Part shown: positions 55,670 to 64,000 of the stretch, piece by piece | How the letters are laid out: every line of letters begins with the position of its first letter | Position numbering within the stretch: position 1 is the first letter of the stretch | Assembly: GCA_963702475.1 (NCBI GenBank) | Contig: CAVPCT010000003.1 | Span: forward strand, 992,001 to 1,056,000 | Direction: 5' to 3' | Source of the DNA: an uncultured Thermoleophilia bacterium | Lineage (GTDB): Bacteria; Actinomycetota; Thermoleophilia; UBA2241 | DNA length: 64,000 bases | Translations under genes and position numbers: made by a program | Notes under the pieces: model-generated | Database searches by the model: none | Seen by the model: only the letters and a program-made list of their open reading frames with translations | What the model was told of the DNA's origin: nothing

Positions 55670-56404
55670 TCACGCCCGCGGCGAGTATGCCGTCACCGCG
55701 TGCGCCCAGTCCAGCAGCGCGGGGGCCGCGCGGCGCAGAGCGCGGCAGGCCGCCAGCAGGTCGCCGGCCGAAGCGCGCGGACGGGAGAGGCGCGTGGCCG
55801 GCGTGTCGAGGACCACGCGGAGCACGGCGAGCGGGCGGCCTCCGGCCGCGGCTCGCAGCCACGCCGACTCCATGTCGACGGCGAGCGCTCCGTCCGCGGC
55901 GAGGCGCGTGCGCTCGGCGCCGCGGACGATGCGGGACGACGAGACGATGCGGCCCGCGTGGACGCGCTCGATCCCGCGTGCGCGGAGGGCGGCAGTCAGG
56001 CGGCCGGCGCCGGCGTGAGCCGGCGCGCCGGCCGGGCCGGGCGGCCGCAGCTCGGCCCACGGCTCGCCGTCGGCGGCCAGGCTCGTCGCGACCACCACGT
56101 CGCCGGTCCGCAGGTGGCCCGTGAGGCCGCCACAGAAGCCGGCGACGGCCACCGCGTCCGCTGGGGTCCTCAGCGCCCTCTGGGCCGCGGCCACCGCTCG
56201 CCGCCGCCCCATGCCCGTGCGCAGCACGGTCACGTCCGGCGGCGCCCCGGCAAGGACTGCGGCCTCCGCGATCAGCGGGACCAGCAGCAGGAGCGCCGGG
56301 GTGTCGTGCGCGCCGCGGCCTGCGGGCGCACGGACTGCCCGAGCTGAGTCTGTGCCGCCCGCCGCGGCTGTCCCCGAGTCCGTGTCCGCTGCCATAGCCG
56401 TCAT
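55670..56404 (-). CDS. HpnG-like nucleoside phosphorylase family protein
   Basis: RTGMG, AGFCGGL, GDVVVA, AVDMESA, LRVVLDTP. Confidence 0.75.
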   Translation of the reverse strand: MTAMAADTDSGTAAAGGTDSARAVRAPAGRGAHDTPALLLLVPLIAEAAVLAGAPPDVTVLRTGMGRRRAVAAAQRALRTPADAVAVAGFCGGLTGHLRTGDVVVATSLAADGEPWAELRPPGPAGAPAHAGAGRLTAALRARGIERVHAGRIVSSSRIVRGAERTRLAADGALAVDMESAWLRAAAGGRPLAVLRVVLDTPATRLSRPRASAGDLLAACRALRRAAPALLDWAHAVTAYSPRA

Positions 56405-56535
56405 CGTACTGCGGGCGCCCAGCGGTCGCGCGCTCCCGTGTTCTCCTTCGTCGGACCACCCGGACTCCGGCCCCGGATCGGGGGCAGGGGAACACGGCCG
56501 CCGCGCCGCAGGGGGTGCTAGAATCGGAGTCCTCC

Positions 56536-59500
56536 ATGGCCGCCGATTTCGTCCACCTGCACGTGCACAGCGAGTACTCGCTGCTCGACGGCGCCTGCCG
56601 TGTGAAGAGTCTCGTGCAGCGGGCCAAGGAGCTGGGCATGCCCGCCGTGGCGCTCACCGACCACGGCACGCTGGGCGGCGCGATCAAGTTCTACGACGCC
56701 GCCCGCAAGGAGGGCATCAAGCCCATCATCGGCCTCGAGCTGTACGTGGCGACCGACCGGCGCTCGCGCGCCGGCGTCAAGGAGCGCAACGCCCACCTCA
56801 CTCTGCTGGCGCGCGATCAGACCGGCTACAAGAACCTGGTCAAGCTCAGCACGCGCGCCTACCTGGAGGGCTACTACTACAAGCCGCGCGCCGACTGGGA
56901 CCTGCTGGCCGAGCACAGCGAGGGGCTCATCGCCCTCACCGGCTGCATGAGCGGCCGCATCGCCATGCTGCTGCGCGACGGCGACGAGGACGGGGCCGTG
57001 GCCGAGGTCCGCCGCCTCGCGGACCTGCTCGGCCCCGAGAACGTCTTCATCGAACTGCAGGACGCCGGCCTCCCCGAGCAGCGCGAGCTGCTGCCCAAGC
57101 AGTGGGCGCTCGCGCAGAAGGCCGGCCTGCGCACCGTGGCCACCAACGACGTGCACTACCTGCGGCACGAGGACTCGTACGCGCACGACGCCTTGCTCTG
57201 CATCCAGACGCAGAGCAACCTCGACGACGAGGACCGCATGCGCTACGGCAGCGACGAGTTCTACCTCAAGTCGGGCGAGGAGATGCACGAGCGTTTCAAG
57301 GACTACCCGGGCTCGTGCGAGGCTACGGTGGAGATCGCCGCGCGCTGCGACGTCGACCTTGACTTCGGCACGTACCTGCTACCGTCTTACGCTGTACCTG
57401 AGGGTTATACCGAGGCAACCTACCTGCGCGAGCTCTGCGAGCAGGGGATGCTCCGGCGCTACGGCGGCGACCCGGGGCCCGAGATGCGCGAGCGCCTCGA
57501 GTTCGAGCTCGGCGTCATCGGCGAGATGGGCTTCGACGCCTACTTCCTCATCGTCTGGGACTACGTCAAGTTCGCCAAGGACAACGGCATCGCCGTCGGA
57601 CCCGGCCGTGGGTCGGCCGCCGGGTCCATCGTGAGCTACTGCCTCGCCGTCACCGACATCGACCCGCTCAAATACGACCTGCTCTTCGAGCGCTTCCTGA
57701 ACCCGGGGCGCAAGAGCATGCCCGACGTCGACATGGACTTCAGCGTGAAGCGCCGTGGCGACGTCATCGACTACGTGGCGCGCAAGTACGGGCGTGACAG
57801 GGTGGCGCAGATCATCACCTTCGGCACCATGGCCGCGCGCGCCGCCGTGCGCGACGCGGCGCGCGTCATGGGCAAGCCGTACGCCGTCGGCGACAGGATC
57901 GCCAAGATGATCCCGGAGGCGGCCCCGCCGGCCACGTTCGCCCAGGCCATGCTGCCCGGCGGCGAGCTCAAGCAGGCCTACGACGCCGACGAAGAGGTCA
58001 AGGAGGTCGTCGACCTCGCCATGAGCCTCGAAGGGCTCATCCGCAACGACTCCATCCACGCCGCCGCCGTGGTCATCAGCGACAAGCCGCTCACCGAGTA
58101 CCTGCCGTTGCAGCAGAAGGGCGACGCCGAGCTCGTCACCCAGTTCGACATGGACGACGTCGCCAAGCTCGGCCTGCTCAAGATGGACTTCCTCGGGCTG
58201 CGCAACCTCGACGTCATCGAGTCGGCCCTGGAGATCATCGAATCCACGCGCGGCGTGTGCATCGAGATCGACCAGCTCCCGCTGGACGACGAGAAGACCT
58301 ACAGGATGCTCGCCAGAGGCGACTCCACCGGCGTGTTCCAGTTCGAGAGCCCCGGCATGAAGGAGGCGCTGCGCGAGATCGGCCCGACCGAGTTCGAGGA
58401 CCTCATCGCCATCGTGGCCCTCTACCGGCCGGGGCCGATGCAGTACATCCCGACGTATGCGCGCAACAAGAAGGACCCGGCCTCGGTCGTCTACGACCAC
58501 GAGGCCCTGCGCCCCATCCTGGAGCCCACGCACGGCGTGACCATCTACCAGGAGCAGTACATGGCCATCGCCCGCCGCGTGGGCGGGTTCAGCCCGGCGC
58601 AGGCCGACGACCTGCGCAAGGCCATCAGCAAGAAGAACCACCAGCTGATGGCCACCCTCAGGGATCCCCTCATGCAGGGTCTCGCGGCCAGCAGCGTGCC
58701 GCCGGCGGTGGCCAACAAGCTCTGGGCCAACTTCGAGGCCACCGGCGACTACTCGTTCAACAAGAGCCACGCGGCCTGCTACGCCCTGATCAGCTACCGC
58801 ACAGCTTGGCTCAAGGCCAACTATCCGGTCGAGTACATGGCGGCCCTGGTCAGCAGCGTCATGAACACCAAGGACAAGGTGCCGTTCTACGTGAACCAGT
58901 GCCGCGAGATGGGCATCGAGGTGCTGCCGCCGGACGTCAACGAGAGCGTCGTCGACTTCACCGTGGCCGGCGGCAAGATCCGCTTCGGCATGAACGCCGT
59001 CAAGGGCGTGGGCGTGGGCGCCATCGAGGAGATCATCAAGGCGCGGCAGGAGGGCGGGCCGTTCACGGGCCTCTACGACTTCTGCGCCCGCGTCGACTCG
59101 GCCCAGGCCAACAAGCGCGTGCTGGAGGCGCTCATCCGCGCCGGCGCCTTCGACAGCAGCGGCGACCCGCGGCGCGGCATGCTGGAGGCCCTGCCGGCGG
59201 CCATGTCCGACGGCGACCGCCGTCGCAAGGACGCGGCCCAGGGCCAGGGCGGTCTGTTCGACCTCGTGGCCCCCGAGGACGGCGGCACGCCGGCTCCGGA
59301 GGTGCCGCGGCGCGAGTTCGACCAGGCCACGCTGCTGCGCGGAGAAAAGGAGGCCCTGGGTCTCTACGTCTCCGCCCACCCGCTCCAGGACCTCCGTGAG
59401 CAGCTCCGTGAAGAGATCGAGGTCCCCGTCGGCTCCCTGGACGACGCCTCGGACGGCGCCATGGTGTGGACCGGCGGCATCGTCGCCAACGCCCAGAAGA

Positions 59501-59949
59501 AGGTCAGCAGGAACGGCGGCGTGTGGCTGGCGTTCCGCCTCGAGGACGTGGACGGCGGCGTGGAGTGCCGCGCCTGGCCCGCCACCTACGAGCAGTACAA
59601 GGACCTCCTCGCCGAGGACTCCATCATCAAGGTCAAGGGCCGCATCGAGCGCAAATCCGAGGGTGAGACGGGCCTCATCGCCATCGAGGTCGTCCCGTTC
59701 AGCGGCGTCAGCGAGTACCGGCCGCTGACGGTGACCATCGACGCCACGCGGGTGCGGCCCACGGTGCTGGACGACCTCAAGAGCATCCTCGCCGACTTTC
59801 CCGGCCGCGTGCCCGTGGTCCTGCAGATGGTCGGCGGCGACCAGAAGGCCAGGCTCCGCGTGAGCGACTCGCTGCGCGTCGACCCCGTCGGCGGCCTGTA
59901 CGCTGAGCTCAAGGCTCTGCTGGGCGAGAGCTGCGTCGGGGTCGGCTGA
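56536..59949 (+). CDS. dnaE: DNA polymerase III alpha subunit
   Basis: HLHVHSEYSLLDG PHP domain, GRGSAAGS, PDVDMDF, KMDFLGL, FNKSH; TGCTAGAAT extended -10 upstream. Confidence 0.98.
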   Translation: MAADFVHLHVHSEYSLLDGACRVKSLVQRAKELGMPAVALTDHGTLGGAIKFYDAARKEGIKPIIGLELYVATDRRSRAGVKERNAHLTLLARDQTGYKNLVKLSTRAYLEGYYYKPRADWDLLAEHSEGLIALTGCMSGRIAMLLRDGDEDGAVAEVRRLADLLGPENVFIELQDAGLPEQRELLPKQWALAQKAGLRTVATNDVHYLRHEDSYAHDALLCIQTQSNLDDEDRMRYGSDEFYLKSGEEMHERFKDYPGSCEATVEIAARCDVDLDFGTYLLPSYAVPEGYTEATYLRELCEQGMLRRYGGDPGPEMRERLEFELGVIGEMGFDAYFLIVWDYVKFAKDNGIAVGPGRGSAAGSIVSYCLAVTDIDPLKYDLLFERFLNPGRKSMPDVDMDFSVKRRGDVIDYVARKYGRDRVAQIITFGTMAARAAVRDAARVMGKPYAVGDRIAKMIPEAAPPATFAQAMLPGGELKQAYDADEEVKEVVDLAMSLEGLIRNDSIHAAAVVISDKPLTEYLPLQQKGDAELVTQFDMDDVAKLGLLKMDFLGLRNLDVIESALEIIESTRGVCIEIDQLPLDDEKTYRMLARGDSTGVFQFESPGMKEALREIGPTEFEDLIAIVALYRPGPMQYIPTYARNKKDPASVVYDHEALRPILEPTHGVTIYQEQYMAIARRVGGFSPAQADDLRKAISKKNHQLMATLRDPLMQGLAASSVPPAVANKLWANFEATGDYSFNKSHAACYALISYRTAWLKANYPVEYMAALVSSVMNTKDKVPFYVNQCREMGIEVLPPDVNESVVDFTVAGGKIRFGMNAVKGVGVGAIEEIIKARQEGGPFTGLYDFCARVDSAQANKRVLEALIRAGAFDSSGDPRRGMLEALPAAMSDGDRRRKDAAQGQGGLFDLVAPEDGGTPAPEVPRREFDQATLLRGEKEALGLYVSAHPLQDLREQLREEIEVPVGSLDDASDGAMVWTGGIVANAQKKVSRNGGVWLAFRLEDVDGGVECRAWPATYEQYKDLLAEDSIIKVKGRIERKSEGETGLIAIEVVPFSGVSEYRPLTVTIDATRVRPTVLDDLKSILADFPGRVPVVLQMVGGDQKARLRVSDSLRVDPVGGLYAELKALLGESCVGVG

Positions 59950-59989
59950 GGCGGGGCCGGCGAGGCGCGGAAGGCGAAGGAGCAGGCTC

Positions 59990-61189
59990 ATGGCGATTCC
60001 CGAGGGCATGCGCGACGTGGTGCCGCCCGAGTCCGGCGACCGGCGGGCGCTCGAGGACACGCTCCTGCGCCGGTTCGCGGCCTACGGGTACGGCCAGGTG
60101 ATGACGCCGTGGCTGGAGTACGCCGAGACGTTCGCGGCGGCCGAGGACGAGACGCTGGCCGGCGGCTACCGGCTGTACGACCGGCAGGGACACGAGCTCG
60201 TCACGCGCACCGACATGACGGTGCCGGTGGCCCGTCTGGCGGCGGCGCGCTTCGACGACGCTCCCTTGCCCCTGCGGCTCTGCTACGTGGCGCCCTCCAT
60301 CCGGCCGTGGGCGCCGCAGCGCAGCCAGGACGGTGAGTTCGTGCAGGCGGGGGCCGAGCTGCTCGGTCTGGGCTCGGCCGCCGCCGACGCGGAGAGCGTC
60401 GGCCTGCTGTGCGACTGTCTCGCCTCCGTCGGCCTGCGCGACTTCCGGGTCGCGCTCGGCTCGGTGGCGTTCTACGGCGCCCTGATCGACTCCCTCGGGC
60501 TGGATGAAGCCGATCGCGAGACGTTCCTCACGGCGCTCGCCGACCGCGACTACCCGCTCATGGAGAGCGTCGCCGGCAACGCCGGGGTGGACGAGCGCGC
60601 GCTCGGCGTCTTGTGGAAGGTCCTTGGGCTGAGCGGCTCGCACGACGGCCTCAGCCAGGCGCGCAGGCTCGCCACCACCGACGCCATGGAGGCCGCTATC
60701 CAGCGCATGGTGGAGGTGCGCGACCTTGTGGAGGAGGCCGGGTTCGCCGAGGTGATCGCCTTCGACTTCGGCATGTACCCCGACCTCTCGTACTACAGCG
60801 GCGTGATCTTCGAGGCCTACGCCCGAGGCGTGGGCCTGCCCATCGCCACCGGCGGCCGCTACGATGGCCTCCTGGGACACTTCGACTGGGACATCCCCGG
60901 CGTGGGCTTCGCCCTCGCCCTGGACCGCCTGCTCGACGCCGTGGCTGAGGCCGGCGCCCCGCCGGCCGGCGCCGTGCCGGTCCTCGCGTTCTCCGGCGGC
61001 CTGGAGGAGCCGGCGCGGGCGGCGGAGCTCCGCCGTGCCGGCTGGGCCGTGGCCACACTGCCGGATGGTTCGCAGGCCGCGGCGCCGTGGCTGCGGCGCG
61101 AGGGCGGCCGTTACGTGTACGAGGCCCCCGACGGCACGTCCAAGACGGGCGGCTGGCGCGACGTGCGCCGCGCCTTGGGCATGGAATGA
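59990..61189 (+). CDS. hisZ: ATP phosphoribosyltransferase regulatory subunit
   Basis: IPEGMRD, RTDMTVPVAR, QAGAEL, YYSGVIF, GGRYD. Confidence 0.93.
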   Translation: MAIPEGMRDVVPPESGDRRALEDTLLRRFAAYGYGQVMTPWLEYAETFAAAEDETLAGGYRLYDRQGHELVTRTDMTVPVARLAAARFDDAPLPLRLCYVAPSIRPWAPQRSQDGEFVQAGAELLGLGSAAADAESVGLLCDCLASVGLRDFRVALGSVAFYGALIDSLGLDEADRETFLTALADRDYPLMESVAGNAGVDERALGVLWKVLGLSGSHDGLSQARRLATTDAMEAAIQRMVEVRDLVEEAGFAEVIAFDFGMYPDLSYYSGVIFEAYARGVGLPIATGGRYDGLLGHFDWDIPGVGFALALDRLLDAVAEAGAPPAGAVPVLAFSGGLEEPARAAELRRAGWAVATLPDGSQAAAPWLRREGGRYVYEAPDGTSKTGGWRDVRRALGME

Positions 61190-61815
61190 GGCTCGGCATC
61201 GCCTGTCGCGACGAGCGGCCGCCGCGCGACGTGGTGGACCTGCTGTGCGACGCCGGCCTGTGCGGCCGGTTCGATGATGTGAAGGCGCCGGCCCTCGTGG
61301 AAGAGCCGGCGCCGGGCGGTCACGTCTGGTTGCTGGCCTCCGCCGCCGACGTGGTCGGCGCCTGCGAGCGCGGCGCCCTCGACGCGGCCGTCGCCGGCAA
61401 GGACGTGCTCCTGGAGGCCGAGCCGGAGGTCCATGAGCTGCTCGACCTGCGCGCCGACCGCGATGCGCTGGTGTACGCGCTGCGCGAGCGCCCGGCCGGG
61501 CTCTCGCGGCGCGTGCGCCCGCGCGTGGCCACGCGGTACGTTCGCGTCACGCACCGGTTCTTCGCCGGGGCGGGTGAGGAGGTCGATGTGGTCGGGTTCG
61601 ACTCTCCGGCGCTGGCCGTGCGTCTTGGCCTCGCCGACGGCGTGGTCGAGTTGCGGGCCAGTCTGGACGGCGCCCTCGGAGCCGGACTGCTGGAGCGCGC
61701 CGAGGTGGCCGGCTGCAGCGCCCGGCTCGTCTGCGGCCGGGCGGCGCGCACGCTGGACGGGGCGGCGCTGGAGGACCTCGCGGAGCGCCTGCGGGCGCGT
61801 TTGGAGGAAGGGTGA
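61186..61815 (+). CDS. hisG: Short-form ATP phosphoribosyltransferase-like protein (degenerate motifs)
   Basis: GKDVLLE, LLDL, VATRY, GLADGVV, SARLV; position between hisZ and hisD. Confidence 0.75.
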   Translation: MRLGIACRDERPPRDVVDLLCDAGLCGRFDDVKAPALVEEPAPGGHVWLLASAADVVGACERGALDAAVAGKDVLLEAEPEVHELLDLRADRDALVYALRERPAGLSRRVRPRVATRYVRVTHRFFAGAGEEVDVVGFDSPALAVRLGLADGVVELRASLDGALGAGLLERAEVAGCSARLVCGRAARTLDGAALEDLAERLRARLEEG

Positions 61816-63101
61816 AGGAGCTCGTCTGGACCGGCGATGCGCGCGCCCTCGTGGCCGGGCTGCGCGCCTTCGCGCCTCCGGCCGCGCAGGTGGCGGCCGC
61901 GGTCGGGGCCATCGTCGCCGACGTGCACGCGCGCGGCGACGACGCCGTCCGCGAGCACACGCTGCGTCTCGACGGCGTCGAGCTGCCCGAGAGCTATGCG
62001 GAGCCGCCGGAGCGGCTCCGCGAGGCGCTCGCCGGGCTCACGCCGGCGGTGCGAGAGGGACTCGAGGTCGCGGCGGCCAACATCCGCGCCTACCACGAGC
62101 GTGAGGCGCCACGCTCCTGGCGCGAGACGCTGGCGCAGGGCCAGGTCGTCGGACAGGAGATCGTACCCGTGGGCGCCGCCGGCCTCTACGTGCCGGGCGG
62201 CCTCGCCGACTATCCGTCGTCGGTGCTCATGACGGCCATCCCCGCCCAGGTCGCCGGGGTGGATCGCGTCGTGGTGTGTTCTCCGCCCAGACGGGGCGGC
62301 GGCGCGGCGAGGGGGGTCGCCGCCGCCTGCGAGCTCCTCGGGGTCCGCGACCTGGTGCCCATCGGTGGCGCGCAGGCCGTCGCGGCCATGGCGTTCGGCA
62401 CCGCCGTCGTGCCGCGCTGCGACGTCATCGTCGGGCCCGGCAACGCCTACGTCACCGAGGCCAAGCGGCAGGTCATGGGACAGGTCGGCATCGACGCGCT
62501 CGCCGGCCCCAGCGAGGTGCTGGTGATCGCCGACGAGTCGGCCGACCCGGAATGGCTCGCGGCCGACCTGCTCGCCCAGGCCGAGCACGGCTCCGGCGCC
62601 ATGGCCTGCCTCGCCGACATCGGCGGGGCCCAGATGGCGCCGGTCCGCGCGGCCGTCGAGGCGCTGGCGGACGAGCTCGGCCTCTCCCACGACAACGTGG
62701 CCCTGATCGCCTGCCCAAACCGTGCCGCCGCGGTCGAGCTCTGCAACGAGTTCGCCCCGGAGCACCTCGAGTTGCACGCGCGCGACGCCGCCGGGCTCGT
62801 CCCGCTCGTCCGCAACGCCGGCGCCGTGTTCGTGGGCGGCTTCGCCGCGACGGCGTTCGCCGACTACGCCGCCGGCAGCAACCACGTGCTACCCACCGGC
62901 GGCTCCGCGCGCTTCGCGCAGGGCCTCAGCGTAGAGCAGTTCCAGAAGCGCGTCGCCGTGGTCGAGCTGGATGCGGCGTCGGCCGCCGCTCTGGCCCCCC
63001 ACGTCGCCGCCGTCGCCGACGAAGAGGGGTTGCGCGCCCACGCCCGTTCCGCGCGGCTGCGCGGGAGTGCCCCGCCGCCGACCGCTCCCACCGCAGACTG
63101 A
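61812..63101 (+). CDS. hisD: Histidinol dehydrogenase
   Basis: YVPGG, GPGNAYV, AGPSE, QAEH, APEHL, NHVLPT. Confidence 0.96.
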   Translation: MKELVWTGDARALVAGLRAFAPPAAQVAAAVGAIVADVHARGDDAVREHTLRLDGVELPESYAEPPERLREALAGLTPAVREGLEVAAANIRAYHEREAPRSWRETLAQGQVVGQEIVPVGAAGLYVPGGLADYPSSVLMTAIPAQVAGVDRVVVCSPPRRGGGAARGVAAACELLGVRDLVPIGGAQAVAAMAFGTAVVPRCDVIVGPGNAYVTEAKRQVMGQVGIDALAGPSEVLVIADESADPEWLAADLLAQAEHGSGAMACLADIGGAQMAPVRAAVEALADELGLSHDNVALIACPNRAAAVELCNEFAPEHLELHARDAAGLVPLVRNAGAVFVGGFAATAFADYAAGSNHVLPTGGSARFAQGLSVEQFQKRVAVVELDAASAAALAPHVAAVADEEGLRAHARSARLRGSAPPPTAPTAD

Positions 63102-63116
63102 CCCGAGGAGACCCGC

Positions 63117-63707
63117 ATGGACGATCGCCGTGCCACCGTCGAGCGCAGCACCACCGAGACCAGGGTGAAGGTCGCCGTGGGCCTCGACGGGCCCGCCCAG
63201 GCTCGCGTGGACACCGGCGTCGGCTTCTTCGATCACATGCTCACGCTGCTGGCGCATCACGGCGGCCTCGACCTCGAGGTGGCCGCCGAGGGCGACCTGC
63301 ACGTGGACGCCCACCACACGGTAGAGGACGTCGCGCTGGCACTGGGCCAGGCGCTCAAGGACGCGCTCGGCGACAAACGCGGCGTGCACCGGTACGGCTC
63401 CATGGTCCTGCCGATGGACGAGGCCCTCGTCATCGTGGCCCTCGACCTCTCGGGGCGCCCGTTCTACGCCGACGACCTGCGCCTCTCCGGCGTGCACATC
63501 GGCGACTTCGACGGCGAGCTGGCCTCGCACTTCTTCCAGTCGCTGGCCATGCAGGCCGGCCTCACGCTGCACGTGCGCCTGCTTGCCGGCAGCAACGCCC
63601 ACCACATCGTGGAGGCGGTGTTCAAGGGCTTCGCGCGAGCGCTGCGCCAGGCATGCCGGCGCGAGGAGGGCGCGCGGGACGTGCCGTCCACCAAGGGAGC
63701 GCTGTGA
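63117..63707 (+). CDS. hisB: Imidazoleglycerol-phosphate dehydratase
   Basis: FFDHML, DAHHTVED, PMDEAL, NAHHIVEAVFK. Confidence 0.97.
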   Translation: MDDRRATVERSTTETRVKVAVGLDGPAQARVDTGVGFFDHMLTLLAHHGGLDLEVAAEGDLHVDAHHTVEDVALALGQALKDALGDKRGVHRYGSMVLPMDEALVIVALDLSGRPFYADDLRLSGVHIGDFDGELASHFFQSLAMQAGLTLHVRLLAGSNAHHIVEAVFKGFARALRQACRREEGARDVPSTKGAL

Positions 63708-64000
63708 CGCGGGTCCCCGCCGCCGCGCCGCCGCGTGTGGCCGTCGTCGACTACGGCATGGGCAATCTGGCGAGCGTCGCCAAGGCGCTCGAGCGCAGCG
63801 GCGCCGACGTGCGCGTCACCGAGAGCGCGGCGGAGCTGCGCTCCGCCGCGGCCGTGGTGCTGCCCGGCGTCGGCGCCTTCCGCGACGCGGCGGCGCGGCT
63901 CGAGCAGGGCGGCCTTGCGGCCGCCCTGCTCGAGCGCATCGCCGCCGGCACGCCGTTCCTGGGCGTGTGCCTCGGCCTGCAGCTGCTGTTCGAGAGCAGC
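63704..64000 (+). CDS. hisH: Imidazole glycerol phosphate synthase glutaminase subunit (3'-truncated)
   Basis: VDYGMGNL, LPGVGAF, LGVCLGLQLLFE. Confidence 0.95.
   Translation, partial: MTRVPAAAPPRVAVVDYGMGNLASVAKALERSGADVRVTESAAELRSAAAVVLPGVGAFRDAAARLEQGGLAAALLERIAAGTPFLGVCLGLQLLFESS

Noticed and set aside
52841-56347. 1168-aa ORF as a novel SbcC fusion
   Set aside because: It is the SbcC coiled coil running off-frame after an indel near 54660; the true C-terminus is in 54678-55013
56536-59949. Intein or split dnaE
   Set aside because: Normal length, continuous motifs, no intein signature
57379-60060. Long antisense and alternate-frame ORFs (e.g. 893 aa opposite dnaE; also 8057-10096, 15223-17346, 34976-36664)
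   Set aside because: Expected shadow ORFs in very high-GC DNA; no recognisable motifs, and they overlap clear genes

Overview
Very high-GC bacterial chromosomal window, most likely from a deep-branching actinomycete (Thermoleophilia/Coriobacteriia-like; this is inferred from codon style, apparent leaderless promoters, U-less terminators and TipA). Many single-base frameshifts interrupt conserved housekeeping genes and look like long-read errors. Contents in order: two IPT/TIG surface proteins beside a glycosylation locus (2x GT4, GT2, priming sugar transferase, O-antigen-ligase/TPR protein); trxA and DUF302; a dispersed amino-acid biosynthesis cluster (ilvDBN, trpB, Cys/Met PLP lyase, ilvC, class V aminotransferase-serA, leuACDB-ilvE-cimA, hisZGDBH); detox genes (TDT/SLAC1, AlkZ-like, TipA, VOC); a subtilase; SulP; a Phd/HicB-HicA-like toxin-antitoxin pair beside a collapsed type I R-M remnant; a divergent enolase with a glycerate kinase; an MFS transporter; sbcDC; dnaE. 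The strongest unexplained feature is the serine locus. It holds an intact SerA paralog that has lost its catalytic and NAD-binding residues but kept the ASB/ACT regulatory half, then a tiny promoter/9-codon ORF/hairpin unit, then the canonical aminotransferase-serA pair. Other candidates are a HisG lacking its PRPP loop, a LEU-element-like leuA leader, a shared basic C-terminal domain on secreted proteins, and an enolase with altered active-site histidines.
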